A stretch of 64,000 nucleotides of DNA from an uncultured Gemmatimonadales bacterium (GCA_963816355.1 CAWFKH010000004.1:256001-320000); one strand, 5' to 3'; shown: positions 9,708-25,129, counted from the stretch's first letter. Notes: generated from the sequence alone by a model not told the origin. Numbers and translations are program-made.

Positions 9708-9723
9708 TGGCATGTCCGTTGCA
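9708..9723 (+). promoter_or_regulatory. sigma54 (-24/-12) promoter upstream of dnaK
   Basis: TGGCATG-TCCG-TTGCA matches TGGCAYG-N4-TTGCW, 84 bp before the dnaK ATG. Confidence 0.75.
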
Positions 9724-9806
9724 AAACCGCAGCGTGGATTCCGGACGTACGCGCGGGTGCCAGCGGGTGCCGGGCGCTTCCCTTGATAGAGGCTCGAGGA
9801 GTGGAC

Positions 9807-11744
9807 ATGGCGAACAAGGTGATCGGCATCGACCTGGGGACGACGAACTCGGTCGTCGCGGTGATGGAGGGCGGCGATCCGGTGGTCATCCCGAATGCCG
9901 AGGGCGGCCGGACGACGCCGTCGGTGGTCGCGTTCACCAAGGACGGGGAGCGTCTGGTGGGACAGGTGGCGCGGCGGCAGGCGATCACGAATCCGCGCAA
10001 CACGATCTTCTCGATCAAGCGCTTCATGGGGCGCAAGAGCGGGGAGGTGGAGGCGGAGCAGAGCCGGGTGCCGTACGACATCCGGACGGACTCGCAGGGT
10101 CGGGTGGAGATTCACGTTCCGAACGCGGACAAGACGTTCACGCCGCCGGAGCTTTCGGCGATGATCCTGCAGAAGATGAAGCAGACGGCCGAGGACTACC
10201 TGGGCCAGGAAGTGAAGCAGGCGGTGGTGACGGTGCCGGCGTACTTCAACGACTCGCAGCGGCAGGCGACGAAGGACGCGGGGAAGATCGCGGGGCTGGA
10301 GGTGCTGCGAATCATCAACGAGCCGACGGCGGCGGCGCTGGCGTACGGTCTGGACAAGAAGAAGGACGAGGTGATCGCGGTCTACGACCTGGGCGGCGGG
10401 ACGTACGACATCTCGGTGCTGGAGCTGGGGGACGGCGTCTTCGAGGTGAAGGCGACGAACGGAGACACCCACCTGGGCGGTGACGACTTCGACCAGCGGG
10501 TGATCGACTGGCTGGTAGAGGAGTTCAAGCGCGACCAGGGGATCGACCTGTCGAAGGACGCGATGGCGCTGCAGCGTCTGAAGGAGGCGGCGGAGAAGGC
10601 GAAGATGGAGCTGTCCTCGACGATGCAGACGGACATCAATCTGCCGTTCATCACGGCGACGCAGGAGGGTCCGAAGCACCTGAACATCACGCTGACGCGG
10701 GCGAAGTTCGAGCAGCTCGTGGACGACCTGATCCAGCGCACCATCCCGCCGATGAAACAGGCGCTCGCGGACGCGGGGCTCGATCCGAACAAGGTCGACG
10801 AGGTGATCCTGGTCGGCGGCTCGACGCGCATCCCGAAGGTCCAGCAGGTCGTGAAGGACTTCTTCGGCAAGGACCCGCACCGTGGCGTGAACCCGGACGA
10901 GGTGGTGGCCGTGGGCGCGGCGATCCAGGGCGGCGTGCTCGCCGGCGACGTGAAGGACGTGCTGCTGCTCGACGTGACGCCGCTTTCGCTCGGGATCGAG
11001 ACGCTGGGCGGCGTGATGACCGCGCTGATCCCCCGCAACACGACAATCCCCACGAAGAAGTCGGAGGTGTTCTCGACGGCCGAGGACAACCAGACGACGG
11101 TCGAGATCCACGTGCTGCAGGGCGAGCGTCCGATGGCGATCGACAACAAGACCATCGGCCGCTTCCAGCTCACGGGCATCCCGCCGGCGCCGCGCGGCCT
11201 GCCGCAGGTCGAGGTGACCTTCGACATCGACGCCAACGGCATCCTGCACGTGAGCGCCAAGGACCGCGCGACGGGGAAGGAGCAGAAGATCCGGATCGAG
11301 GCGTCGAGCGGCCTGTCGGAGCAGGAGATCGACCGCATGGTGAGCGACGCGGAGTCGCACGCGAGCGAAGACAAGCAGCGTCGCGAGAAGATCGAGACGC
11401 GCAACCAGCTCGACTCGCTCGTCTACCAGGTCGAGAAGGACAGCAAGGAGTGGGGCGACAAGGTCTCGGCGGACGCGCGCACCCGCCTCGAGAGCGCGCT
11501 CGAGCGCGCGCGCAAGGCGCTCAAGCAGGACGAGCTCGGCGAGCTGAACTCCGCCCGCGACGAGCTGATGCAGGCGTTCAGCGCGGCGGGGCAGCAGATG
11601 TACCAGGCGCAGGCGGCACAGAACGCGGAGCAGCCGGCCGGCGCGGCGGAAGGCGCGGCCGAGGCAGAGCAGCCGGCGGCCGCGACGGCGGACGAGAACG
11701 TCGTCGAAGCGGACTACGAGATCGTCGAGGAGGACAAGGGGTAG
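9807..11744 (+). CDS. dnaK: molecular chaperone DnaK (Hsp70)
   Basis: [31 protein letters not shown] and a C-terminal [10 protein letters not shown]. Confidence 0.98.
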   Translation: MANKVIGIDLGTTNSVVAVMEGGDPVVIPNAEGGRTTPSVVAFTKDGERLVGQVARRQAITNPRNTIFSIKRFMGRKSGEVEAEQSRVPYDIRTDSQGRVEIHVPNADKTFTPPELSAMILQKMKQTAEDYLGQEVKQAVVTVPAYFNDSQRQATKDAGKIAGLEVLRIINEPTAAALAYGLDKKKDEVIAVYDLGGGTYDISVLELGDGVFEVKATNGDTHLGGDDFDQRVIDWLVEEFKRDQGIDLSKDAMALQRLKEAAEKAKMELSSTMQTDINLPFITATQEGPKHLNITLTRAKFEQLVDDLIQRTIPPMKQALADAGLDPNKVDEVILVGGSTRIPKVQQVVKDFFGKDPHRGVNPDEVVAVGAAIQGGVLAGDVKDVLLLDVTPLSLGIETLGGVMTALIPRNTTIPTKKSEVFSTAEDNQTTVEIHVLQGERPMAIDNKTIGRFQLTGIPPAPRGLPQVEVTFDIDANGILHVSAKDRATGKEQKIRIEASSGLSEQEIDRMVSDAESHASEDKQRREKIETRNQLDSLVYQVEKDSKEWGDKVSADARTRLESALERARKALKQDELGELNSARDELMQAFSAAGQQMYQAQAAQNAEQPAGAAEGAAEAEQPAAATADENVVEADYEIVEEDKG

Positions 11745-11775
11745 GCGGCCGGCGACTCCGCACCCCGGCTGCATG

Positions 11776-12185
11776 GAGGGCGCGGCGTTTCTCCGCGGAG
11801 GGCGCCGCGCTTCTCGCTGAGGGCGCCGCGCTTCTCGCTGAGGGCGCGGCGTTTTCTCGCTGAGGGCGCCGCGCTTCTCGCGGGGGGCGCGGCGGGGTTT
11901 CACGCGGAGGGCGCGGGGGTCGCGGGGGGGGGGACCGGCGTCACGCGAGGTGCGCGGCACGACCAGCATGCGTTTTTTCGGTGGTTCTTCGGCTGCGAAC
12001 GGGCGTCGCGCGACGAGACCCGAATAATACCGCCGGCTGCAATGCGATGCCGTTCGCCCCGCGCCACGAACCCTCCCGGCGGCGAACCCCTCCGCGACCT
12101 CCGCGTGAAACAAACCCAGCGGCGACCCGGCCTCGCCGCGAAGCGTCCACGAGCGGCCGGATCGCAGCAGCGGCGACGTCGATCC
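11776..12185 (+). repeat. dispersed structured repeat, copy A (tandem 21-23 bp array plus inverted-repeat-bounded ~213 bp core)
   Basis: TTTCACGCGGAGG at 11898-11910 and CCTCCGCGTGAAA at 12098-12110; internal GGTTCTTCGGCTGCGAA is shared with the copies at ~55.2 kb and ~61.4 kb. Confidence 0.8.
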
Positions 12186-12288
12186 GGGCTCGCGCGTCGT
12201 GCGGCGCGGGAGCCCGGCCCTTTTTTCGCGCACGTCTCCGTGCGAGATTCAGGAATCGTCCGTCACGATCCTCCCTCACCCCACCTCG

Positions 12289-13815
12289 ATGCCAGATCGT
12301 ATCGGCCGCCGCGGCGCCGCCGTCGCCGTTGCCCTGATCGCCTTCACCGCCGGCGCGGGGATCACCGCTGGGTTACGGCGCCCCGCGGCGCAGGCGCGGG
12401 TGCGCACGACGCAGCCGCGGCTGCAGGACGTCCGCCCCGTGGCCGAGCTGAGCCAGGCGTTCATCGCCATGGCGGAGGCCGTCACGCCCGCGGTCGTGCA
12501 GATCCAGGCGGAGCGGCCGGCGCCGCTGGACGCGGACGCGGCGCCCACCGCGCGCGACATGCTGGACGCCCCGCGCGACGAGGTCGCGCCCGGCGGTGAG
12601 GCGACGCCGGAGATCGCGGGCGGGACCGGCTTCATCGTGGCGGACGACGGCTACATCGTGACGAATCACCACGTGGTGGCGGACGCGAGCCGGATCACGG
12701 TGACGCTTTACGACAAGCGTGTCTACGACGCGGAGCTGGTGGGGAGCGATCCGACGACGGACGTGGCGGTGATCCGCATCCCGGCGAAGCACCTGAGCGC
12801 GGCGAGGCTGGGCGACTCCGACCGGGTCCGCGTGGGAGAGTGGGTCCTCGCCGTGGGCAACCCCGGCTTCGGGCCCGAGAGCACGCTCGACTTCACGGTC
12901 ACCAGCGGGATCGTGAGCGCGAAGGGGCGCCCGCTCGACATCCTGAACGTCGAGCTGCAGGAGGAGCGGGACCCGGCAGCGTCGTACGCGATCGAGGACT
13001 TCATCCAGACGGATGCGGTGATCAACCCGGGCAACTCCGGCGGGCCGCTGGTCGACCTGCACGGCGAGGTGATCGGCATCAACACCGCGATCGCGAGCGG
13101 CACCGGCTACTACCAGGGTTACGGCTTCGCCATCCCCTCGAACCTCGTGCGACGCGTGATGACGGACCTGATCGAGTACGGCGAGGTGCGGCGCCCCGCG
13201 CTCGGCGTCTCGATCCGCAACGTCCGCCCGGAAGACGCCGAGGTCTACCGGCTGCCGTCGATCTCCGGCGCGCTCGTGGAAGATTTCACCGGCGCGGGCG
13301 CCCCCGCGCAGGAGGCGGGCCTGCGCCGCGGCGACGTCATCGTCGCCGTCGACAGCGTGGCGGTCGAGCGCGTCGGCCAGGTGCAGCGGCTGGTCGCCCA
13401 GCACCGGCCGGGGCAGACGGTGCGGGTCGCCGTCGTGCGGGAGGGGTCGCGCCGGGCCTTCGACGTGCGCCTGACGACGGCGCCGATCCCGATCCGGCAC
13501 GCGGCGCCGGTTGCGGTGGCGGCGCCCGCGGCGCCGGCGCTCGGCATCCAGGTCGGCGGGCTCTCGGCGTCGCTGGCGGAGCGGCTCGGCTTCGCGCGTC
13601 CGGGCGGCGCCGTCGTCCTGCGCGTCCAGCCCGGCAGCGCGGCGGAGCGGCTGATCTACCCGGGCGATCGCCTGCTCTCCGTGGACGGCCGCGAGGTCGC
13701 GTCGGTCGGCGACGCCCGGGCGGGTCTGGAGCACCTGCGCTCGGGCCAGGTCGTGTCGCTGCTGCTCGAGGACGCGTCCGGCGCCACGCACATCGCGAAC
13801 ATCCGCGTCCCCTGA
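12289..13815 (+). CDS. DegP/HtrA family serine endoprotease with two PDZ domains
   Basis: [27 protein letters not shown] and two PDZ-like segments. Confidence 0.93.
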   Translation: MPDRIGRRGAAVAVALIAFTAGAGITAGLRRPAAQARVRTTQPRLQDVRPVAELSQAFIAMAEAVTPAVVQIQAERPAPLDADAAPTARDMLDAPRDEVAPGGEATPEIAGGTGFIVADDGYIVTNHHVVADASRITVTLYDKRVYDAELVGSDPTTDVAVIRIPAKHLSAARLGDSDRVRVGEWVLAVGNPGFGPESTLDFTVTSGIVSAKGRPLDILNVELQEERDPAASYAIEDFIQTDAVINPGNSGGPLVDLHGEVIGINTAIASGTGYYQGYGFAIPSNLVRRVMTDLIEYGEVRRPALGVSIRNVRPEDAEVYRLPSISGALVEDFTGAGAPAQEAGLRRGDVIVAVDSVAVERVGQVQRLVAQHRPGQTVRVAVVREGSRRAFDVRLTTAPIPIRHAAPVAVAAPAAPALGIQVGGLSASLAERLGFARPGGAVVLRVQPGSAAERLIYPGDRLLSVDGREVASVGDARAGLEHLRSGQVVSLLLEDASGATHIANIRVP

Positions 13816-13875
13816 GACGGCGCCGAAGGCGGCCAGAACGCGGCGGCGCTTGACGTTGCGGCGGCCCGGATTCGG

Positions 13876-13904
13876 TTGATCGGCCGCGTCGCTGCGGTTA
13901 GATT
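13876..13904 (+). promoter_or_regulatory. sigma70-type promoter for tRNA-Leu/tig
   Basis: TTGATC-N17-TAGATT, 15 bp before the tRNA. Confidence 0.6.
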
Positions 13905-13919
13905 TCGGCGCGACAGCGT

Positions 13920-14001
13920 GCGAAAGTGGCGGAACCGGTAGACGCGCGAGATTTAGGATCTCGTGGGCTTGCCCGTGGGGGTTCGAGTCCCCCCTTTCGC
14001 A
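13920..14001 (+). tRNA. tRNA-Leu (anticodon TAG), CCA not encoded
   Basis: Acceptor stem GCGAAAG/CTTTCGC, anticodon arm CGAGA-TT-TAG-GA-TCTCG, long variable arm and GGTTCGAGTCC T-arm. Confidence 0.95.
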
Positions 14002-14019
14002 TCTGTGGGGTCCTCGTTG

Positions 14020-15339
14020 ATGGAAGACGCGGTGGAGACGAAGACGAGCGAGTTGACGATCGACGTCGAGGAGCCGAAGGGCTGGGCTCGCCGACTGACG
14101 ATCACGGTTCCGGCCGGGCGGGTCGAGAAGGAGCGGGCGTCGGTCGCGAGCCGGATCCGCTCCCGCGTGCGCCTGCCGGGATTCCGCAAGGGCCGGGTCC
14201 CCGAGAGCGTGGTCAACCGGCAGTTCGGCGACGCGATCCAGAGCGAGACGGTCGAGCGGATCGTGGACGCCGCCTACCGCGAGGCGCTGCGCGAGAAGGG
14301 GATGCAGCCGATCACGCAGGGCGAGGTCGACGGGGTGGAGTACGAGCCCGGCGCGGACCTGACCTTCTCGGTGCGCTTCGAGGTGCGGCCGGAGATCGAG
14401 ATCGCGCGCACCGGCGGCTTCGCCGTCGAGCGGCCGCCGAGCGAGGTGGCGGAGGAGGACGTGGAGCGGGTGCTGAGCCGGCTGCGCTCCGAGCACGCGG
14501 AGTGGACGGCGGCGGAGTCGGGCAAGCCGACGCCCGGCGACCGCGTCACGGTCGAGATCACGCCGGTCAAGGAAGGCGAGGAGCCGAAGCCGCGTCGCTA
14601 TCAGATCGTGGTCGGCGAGGGTCAGGCGATCTCGGACGTCGAGTCGGCGATCCAGACCCTGGAGGTCGGAGGCTCCGGCGAGTTCGTGATCTCGCTGGCG
14701 GGCGGCGAGGAAGCCGAGGGCGAGGAGCAGCAGCGGGTGCGGATCGAGCTGTTCGAGCTCGAGCAGCCGGAGCTGCCGGAGCTGGATGACGCGTTCGCCC
14801 GCCACCTGGGTGACTTCGAAGGCGCCGACGACCTCCGCGTCAAAGTTCGCGAGGACCTGCAGCGTGAGGCGAACGCGGAGGCGGAGGCGCAGGTCCGCCG
14901 CGCCCTGGTCGACCGCATCATCGAAGCGAACGCCTTCGACGTGCCGGATGCCATGGTGCGCCAGTACGTCGACGGCCTCTTCCCGCGCGGGAAGGACACG
15001 CCCGCCGAGAAGGTGTCGGAGATGTATCAGATGGCGTGGCCGGCGGCGGAGCGCGCGATTCGTCGCTCGCTCGTCGTCGAGCGGGTGGCGGAGATGGAGT
15101 CGCTGCGGCCGTCGGCGGAAGAAGTGGATGCACGGGTCGAGGAGATCGCGGAGCGCGCCGGCCGCCCGGTCGGAGAGGTGTGGGCGCAGCTACAGAAGAG
15201 CGGCCGACTCGACCGCCTGGAGAACGAGATCCTGGAGGAGAAGGTCTTCGATTTCCTGAAGTCGAAGTCGGAGATCCGCATTGCGGGCGGGGGCGCGCAG
15301 TCGCCGGCGTCCGAGACGCCGAGGGGCAGAAAGAAATAA
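14020..15339 (+). CDS. tig: trigger factor
   Basis: [10 protein letters not shown] ribosome-binding signature; tRNA-Leu-tig-clpP-clpX order. Confidence 0.93.
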   Translation: MEDAVETKTSELTIDVEEPKGWARRLTITVPAGRVEKERASVASRIRSRVRLPGFRKGRVPESVVNRQFGDAIQSETVERIVDAAYREALREKGMQPITQGEVDGVEYEPGADLTFSVRFEVRPEIEIARTGGFAVERPPSEVAEEDVERVLSRLRSEHAEWTAAESGKPTPGDRVTVEITPVKEGEEPKPRRYQIVVGEGQAISDVESAIQTLEVGGSGEFVISLAGGEEAEGEEQQRVRIELFELEQPELPELDDAFARHLGDFEGADDLRVKVREDLQREANAEAEAQVRRALVDRIIEANAFDVPDAMVRQYVDGLFPRGKDTPAEKVSEMYQMAWPAAERAIRRSLVVERVAEMESLRPSAEEVDARVEEIAERAGRPVGEVWAQLQKSGRLDRLENEILEEKVFDFLKSKSEIRIAGGGAQSPASETPRGRKK

Positions 15340-15971
15340 TGCCGACGATCTATCCGCCGTACGTCATCGAACGATCGAGCCGGGGCGAGCGCAGCTACGA
15401 CATCTTCAGCCGGCTGCTGATGGACCGCATCGTCTTTCTGGGGACCCCGATCGACGACAACGTCGCGAACATCATCATCGCACAGCTCCTCTTCCTCCAG
15501 GCGGACAACCCGGAGAAGGAGATCTTCCTCTACATCAACTCGCCGGGCGGCCAGATCTACGCCGGCCTGGCGATCTACGACACCATCCAGTACCTGAGCG
15601 CGCCGGTGTCGACGATCTGCATGGGCATCGCGGCGTCGATGGGTGCGGTGCTGCTCGCGTCGGGGGCGGCGGGGCGGCGGAGCGCGCTGCCGAACGCGCG
15701 GATCATGATCCACCAGCCGTCGGGCGGCGGGCAGGGAACGGCGGCGGACATCGAGATCCAGGCGAAGGAGATCCTGTACGCGCGCGAGCGATTGAACGAA
15801 ATTCTAGCCAGGCACACGAACCAGTCCAAGGAAAAGATCGCGGAAGACGTGGATCGGGACCGGTTCATGAGTCCGCTCGAGGCGAAGGAGTACGGGCTCA
15901 TCGATCAGGTCATCACCAGCCGCAACGAGGTGATGGCGAGCGGCAACGGCCAACCGGCCGACGAATCGTAA
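15339..15971 (+). CDS. clpP: ATP-dependent Clp protease proteolytic subunit
   Basis: [21 protein letters not shown] and MIHQP. Confidence 0.97.
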   Translation: MPTIYPPYVIERSSRGERSYDIFSRLLMDRIVFLGTPIDDNVANIIIAQLLFLQADNPEKEIFLYINSPGGQIYAGLAIYDTIQYLSAPVSTICMGIAASMGAVLLASGAAGRRSALPNARIMIHQPSGGGQGTAADIEIQAKEILYARERLNEILARHTNQSKEKIAEDVDRDRFMSPLEAKEYGLIDQVITSRNEVMASGNGQPADES

Positions 15972-16034
15972 CCGTGGTTCCCGGGCGCCGCCACGGCGCG
16001 CCCGGGCGGCTTCCCTTCGCTCCGAACGAGCGCC

Positions 16035-17267
<1,233 letters not shown>

Positions 17268-17275
17268 ACCGGCGC

Positions 17276-17893
17276 GTGAAGATCCAGGACGTGGAATTCG
17301 CCGGTGCGATCGCGACCCCGGGGGCGGCGCCTCCGGGGTCGCTTCCGCAGGTGGCCTTCTCGGGCCGCTCGAACGTGGGCAAGTCGAGCCTGATCAACCG
17401 CCTCCTCGGCCGCACGCGGTCCAAGGTCGCGCGCGTCTCCGGCACACCGGGGAAGACGCAGGAGATCAACTTCTACCGGGTACGGACGGCCCCCGGGTCG
17501 GGAGCCGGCGAATTCTACCTGGTCGACCTTCCCGGCTACGGCTACGCCCGGGTGCCATCCGCGAAACGGGACGCCTGGCGGCCGCTGATCGAGTCGTATC
17601 TGGAGCGGACCGGCCAGATCCGGGGTGTGGTCCAACTCATCGACGCGCGTCATCCGCCCACCGCGGACGACCGCCGCATGGTCGCCTTCCTCGGCTCGAT
17701 CGAGCGGCCGGCGCTCTTCGTCCTGACGAAGATGGACAAGCTGAAGCACAGCGAGCGCGAGGCTCGCGTGCGGGACACGATCGCGGCGCTCGACGTCGAT
17801 GCGGAGCAGGTCGTTCCCTTCTCCGCGGTGACGGGCGAGGGGCGCGAGGACCTCCTGCAGGCGCTCGACGCGCTGCTCGGAGGCGGGGGATGA
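17276..17893 (+). CDS. engB: ribosome biogenesis GTPase YihA/EngB
   Basis: [23 protein letters not shown] and TKMDK. Confidence 0.93.
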   Translation: MKIQDVEFAGAIATPGAAPPGSLPQVAFSGRSNVGKSSLINRLLGRTRSKVARVSGTPGKTQEINFYRVRTAPGSGAGEFYLVDLPGYGYARVPSAKRDAWRPLIESYLERTGQIRGVVQLIDARHPPTADDRRMVAFLGSIERPALFVLTKMDKLKHSEREARVRDTIAALDVDAEQVVPFSAVTGEGREDLLQALDALLGGGG

Positions 17894-18550
17894 GACGCGC
17901 GCCGGGAGGCGGGAGCTGGCGGCCGGCGCGGCGGGTCGGGGCGACGTTCGCGCTCGCCGGCTGCATCGCGGCGGGAGCGTCGCAGCAACCGCTGGTGCCT
18001 CCCGGCTACGGGACGCTGCGGCAGGACGACTTCACGGTCGCGCTTCGGAGCGGTCCGCTGCTGGTGAAGGTGACGCCCCTGGCCGAGTCGGTGATCCGGC
18101 TGGCGGCGCCGGACACGTACACGCGCCTCCACGCGCTGGCGCAACGCTGGAGCGGCGCTGCGCGGCGGGAGGCGTTCTCGGAGGATCCGCCCCTCTTCCT
18201 CGTTTCGTTCTACAGCTACGCGCCGGACGTTCCGTTCCAGCCGGAGGACCTCCAGCTCACGCATCAGGGGCGGCTGCTGCGGCCGGCGGCGATCTTCCCG
18301 CTCACGCCCGGCTGGGGCCAGCAGCGGCTGGAACAGCAGCAGCTGCAGAGCGCGATCTACGTCTTCGGCTCCGATTTCAACTACGAGCTCCCGATCGTGG
18401 TGCGCTACGGGGTGGAACAGAGCGACGGCTGGGGCCGCATCATTCCGACGCTGCAGACGGAGCGGGGCAAGGTGCGGGCGCGCGCCGCTTCCGGAGAGGG
18501 TGGGACGGGCGCGGCGCGGGGCGGCGCCACTTCCACCGGGGCGGTGCCGA

Positions 18551-18576
<26 letters not shown>
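17890..18576 (+). CDS. hypothetical exported protein
   Basis: ATG overlaps the engB stop; signal-like N-terminus and globular composition; no family recognised. Confidence 0.65.
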
Positions 18577-20180
<1,604 letters not shown>

Positions 20181-20188
<8 letters not shown>

Positions 20189-20723
20189 CGGCGGCGTGCG
20201 GGTCGGCGGGGGCGGCGGCCCGTCCAGCGGCCGGGTGGCGGCCGGTGTCCACGCCGCGGAGCAGTTGGACGGCGTGGCGAAGCAGCGGCTCGAGCACGCG
20301 CAGCCCGTCCTCCACGCCGCCCGGGCTGCCCGGCAGGTTCACGACCAGGCAGCGGCCCCGCACACCGGCCACGCCGCGCGACAGCGCCGCGTGGGGGGTG
20401 GCCGCCGCGCCCGCGGCGCGGATCGCCTCGGCGAGGCCGGGGACCTCGCGCTCGATCGCCGCGCGCGTCGCTTCCGGCGTGACGTCGCGGACGGTGAGCC
20501 CGGTCCCGCCGGTGGTGAGCACGACGTCCGCGGCGCCGGCGTCCGCCCAGCGCACGACGAGCGGTGTGATGCGCTCGGCGTCGTCGCTCACGACGGCGGT
20601 GGCGACGAGGTGGTGGCCGTGGCGCTCGGCCCACGCGGCGACGGCGGGCCCGCCGCGGTCCTCGCGGGCGCCCGCGGCGACCCCGTCGGAGACGGTGAGG
20701 ACGGCGATGCGGAGGGGCTCCAC
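20181..20723 (-). CDS. MogA/MoaB family molybdopterin adenylyltransferase
   Basis: VLTVSD, TTGGTG...RDVTPEA, SRGVAG and NLPGSP. Confidence 0.9.
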
Positions 20724-20730
20724 GGCCGGC

Positions 20731-21843
20731 TCAGCGGCGAATCGAGCCGCCCGTGTAGAACGGCGGGCGCACCACCTCGGCGGCCAGCGCGCGGTCCCGG
20801 ACGAGCACCTCGAGGGCGGTGCCCGGCTCACGCAGATCCGAGGGGACGTACGCCATGCCGATCCCTTCGCCAAGCGTGGGACTGAGGACGCCGCTGGTGA
20901 CCGCTCCGACGACGCGGCCGTCGTGGCGGATCTCGTAGCCGTGGCGGGGAAAGCCGCGCTCCCGGAGGCGGAATCCGACGAGGCGGCGGCCGAGGCCGGA
21001 CTGCTTCTGCGCGGCGAGCGCGTCGCGGCCGTGGAAGTCACCCTTGCCGAGCTTGACCACCCATCCCAGGCCCGCCTCGAGCGGCGTGTGCTGGGGGTCG
21101 AGGTCGTTGCCGTGCAGGATGTAGCCGACTTCGAGGCGGAGCGAGTCGCGCGCGCCGAGCCCGGCGGGAACCAGACCGTCCTCGGAGCCGAGCTCGAGCA
21201 GCCGCCGCCATACGGGGACGGCGTCGTCGGGACGGAGATAGAGCTCGAAACCGTCCTCGCCCGTGTAGCCGGTGCGGCTGATCGTGGCGGCACGGCCGTC
21301 GACGGCGCCGTCGGCGAAGTGGTAGTAGGCGATCGCGTCGAGATCGGCGGACGTCGCCCGGGCGAGGATGCGCTGCGCCTTCGGCCCCTGTATCGCGATC
21401 AGCGCCGTATCGTCGGAAGCATCGGAGAGGCGCGCGTCGAAGGCGTCGGCGTGCTCGACGAACCACGGCCAGTCGACGTCGTGGTTCGCGGCGTTGACGA
21501 CGACCAGGTAGTGGTCCGGGAAGCGGTAGACGAGGCAGTCGTCGAGCGCGCCGCCGTCGTCGTCGCAGATCACGGCGTACTGGGCCTGGCCGACGTCGAG
21601 CGCGGCGACATCGTTGGTGACCATCGACTGCAGGAACGCGAGCGCGCCGGGGCCGCTGACGTGGAACTCGCCCATGTGGGAGACGTCGAAGAGGCCGGCC
21701 GCTTCGCGCACGGCGCGATGCTCGGCGAGGATGCCCGCGGGGTACTGCACCGGCATCTCGAAGCCGGCGAAGGGCACGAGCTTTCCGCCGAGGCGGACGT
21801 GCTCGTCGTGGAGCGGCGTGCGGCGGAGTGCGCCGGTGGTCAT
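20731..21843 (-). CDS. gcvT: glycine cleavage system aminomethyltransferase T
   Basis: LFDVSHMGE, SRTGYTGEDGFE and GLGARDSLRLE. Confidence 0.96.
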   Translation of the reverse strand: MTTGALRRTPLHDEHVRLGGKLVPFAGFEMPVQYPAGILAEHRAVREAAGLFDVSHMGEFHVSGPGALAFLQSMVTNDVAALDVGQAQYAVICDDDGGALDDCLVYRFPDHYLVVVNAANHDVDWPWFVEHADAFDARLSDASDDTALIAIQGPKAQRILARATSADLDAIAYYHFADGAVDGRAATISRTGYTGEDGFELYLRPDDAVPVWRRLLELGSEDGLVPAGLGARDSLRLEVGYILHGNDLDPQHTPLEAGLGWVVKLGKGDFHGRDALAAQKQSGLGRRLVGFRLRERGFPRHGYEIRHDGRVVGAVTSGVLSPTLGEGIGMAYVPSDLREPGTALEVLVRDRALAAEVVRPPFYTGGSIRR

Positions 21844-21854
21844 CGTCCCCTCCC

Positions 21855-22763
21855 TCACGAGCCCATGAGACGGGCGAGCAGCGCCTTCTGCGCGTGCAAC
21901 CGGTTCTCCGCCTGATCGAACACGCGCGACTGCGTCCCTTCGAAGACCGCTTCCGAGACCTCCTCGCCGCGGTGGGCCGGCAGGCAGTGCAGGAAGATCG
22001 AGCCGGAGGCGGTCTTCGCCATCAGCGTCGCGTCGACCTGGAAGCCGGCGAACGCGGTGCGGCGCGCGTCCGCCTCCCCCTCCTGGCCCATCGACGCCCA
22101 CACGTCCGTGTTGACCACTTCCGCGCCGGCCGCGGCCTCGGCGGGGTCGCGGGTGAGCACGACGGTGGTGGCGGCGCGGGCGACCTCGAGGATCCGCGGA
22201 TCGGGGTCGTAGCCCTCGGGGCAGGCGAGGCGCAGCTCGAAGCCGAAGCGGGCGGCGGCGTTGAGCCAGGAGTTCGCCATGTTGTTGCCGTCACCGATCC
22301 ACGCGATGCGGCGCGGCGCGAGGTCCTCGCCGAACACCTCCTGCACGGTCATGACGTCGGTGAGCACCTGGCACGGGTGGAGCAGGTCGGTGAGGGCGTT
22401 GATCACCGGCACCGTCGCATACGACGCGAGCTCCTCGACAACATCCTGCCCGAACGTGCGGATCATGATCCCGTCCACGAAGCGGGAGAGGACGCGGGCG
22501 GTGTCGCGGATCGGCTCGCCGCGGCCGATCTGGATGTCGCGCGACGAGAGGAAGAGGGCGTGTCCACCGAGCTCGAAGGTGCCGACCTCGAAGGAGACAC
22601 GGGTGCGGGTCGAGCTTTTCTCGAAGATCATGGCGAGGGTGCGGCCTTCCAGGGGCCGCTCACCGTAGGCGCCCTCCTTCATCCGACGCGCCAGCCGCAG
22701 GATCTCGTACAGCTCCTCCGTCGAGAAGTCCGAAACGGCGAGAAAGTCTCTCTTGTCCGACAT
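21855..22763 (-). CDS. argF: ornithine carbamoyltransferase
   Basis: STRTR, HPCQ, DVWASMG and HCLPAHRG. Confidence 0.96.
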   Translation of the reverse strand: MSDKRDFLAVSDFSTEELYEILRLARRMKEGAYGERPLEGRTLAMIFEKSSTRTRVSFEVGTFELGGHALFLSSRDIQIGRGEPIRDTARVLSRFVDGIMIRTFGQDVVEELASYATVPVINALTDLLHPCQVLTDVMTVQEVFGEDLAPRRIAWIGDGNNMANSWLNAAARFGFELRLACPEGYDPDPRILEVARAATTVVLTRDPAEAAAGAEVVNTDVWASMGQEGEADARRTAFAGFQVDATLMAKTASGSIFLHCLPAHRGEEVSEAVFEGTQSRVFDQAENRLHAQKALLARLMGS

Positions 22764-22858
22764 CGTCCCCGGGATGAGGCGGTGGCCGCATGGCCGTCCG
22801 CGCGGTTCGCGGCCGACCGAATTCCGCCCGGAAGGTATTGGGCCGCCGCGCCGAGCGC

Positions 22859-22900
22859 GAGAGCGCGCCGTGAGAGCGGGAGAGCGCGCCGTGAGAGCGC
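22859..22900. repeat. 21-bp tandem duplication in the hslU-argF spacer
   Basis: GAGAGCGCGCCGTGAGAGCG(G/C), two copies. Confidence 0.7.
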
Positions 22901-22901
22901 G

Positions 22902-24494
<1,593 letters not shown>

Positions 24495-24497
24495 CGT

Positions 24498-25037
24498 CTA
24501 TTCTTCCAGCTCCAGGATGGTGATGTTCCGGTTCGTGTAGATGCAGATGTCGCCCGCGATCTCGAGGGCGCGGCGGGCGATGTCGGGCGCCGCGAGCGTC
24601 GAGGCGCCCTTGAGCGCGCGCGCAGCCGCGAGCGCATAGCCGCCGCCGCTGCCGATGGCGACGACGTCGTCGTCCGGCTCGATCACGTTGCCGTCCCCGG
24701 TGAGGACGAAGACGTGGTCGCGGTCGGCGACGACGAGGGCGGCGTCGAGGCGGCGCAGGTAGCGATCGGTGCGCCACTCGCGCGCGAGCTCGACGGCGGC
24801 GCGCGGCAGGTTGCCGGGGTAGCGCTCGAGCTTCTCCTCGAACTTGCTGAAGAGCGTGAAGGCGTCGGCGACGGAGCCGGCGAAGCCCGCGAGGATCTTC
24901 CCGTCCTTGAGCTTGCGGACCTTCTGGGCGCTCGCCTTCATGACCGTCTCGCCCAGCGTGACCTGACCGTCGCCTCCGACGGCGACGCGGCCGTCGTGCC
25001 GCACGGCGACGATGGTGGTCGCTCTCATCTCGCTCAT
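24498..25037 (-). CDS. hslV: ATP-dependent protease subunit HslV
   Basis: [21 protein letters not shown] and IGSGG. Confidence 0.96.
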   Translation of the reverse strand: MSEMRATTIVAVRHDGRVAVGGDGQVTLGETVMKASAQKVRKLKDGKILAGFAGSVADAFTLFSKFEEKLERYPGNLPRAAVELAREWRTDRYLRRLDAALVVADRDHVFVLTGDGNVIEPDDDVVAIGSGGGYALAAARALKGASTLAAPDIARRALEIAGDICIYTNRNITILELEE

Positions 25038-25129
25038 CCACCCCTCCTCATGCGTATTGATTACCCCCCGCGGCCGGGCGGTTCCAGACTGGGGAATGTA
25101 ACCGGGGCGGCAGCGGCGCGCGCGTGCCT

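Noticed and set aside
11776..11916. Possible CRISPR array
   Set aside because: The units are contiguous with no unique spacers, and there are no cas genes in the window.
9486..12233. 915-aa antisense ORF over dnaK, and similar long ORFs (21828-25157, 27392-30265, 36627-39239)
   Set aside because: Shadow frames opposite well-supported genes, expected at this GC content; no recognisable motifs.
13920..14001. tRNA-Leu as an island integration site
   Set aside because: Directly followed by tig; no integrase and no duplicated tRNA 3' end was seen.
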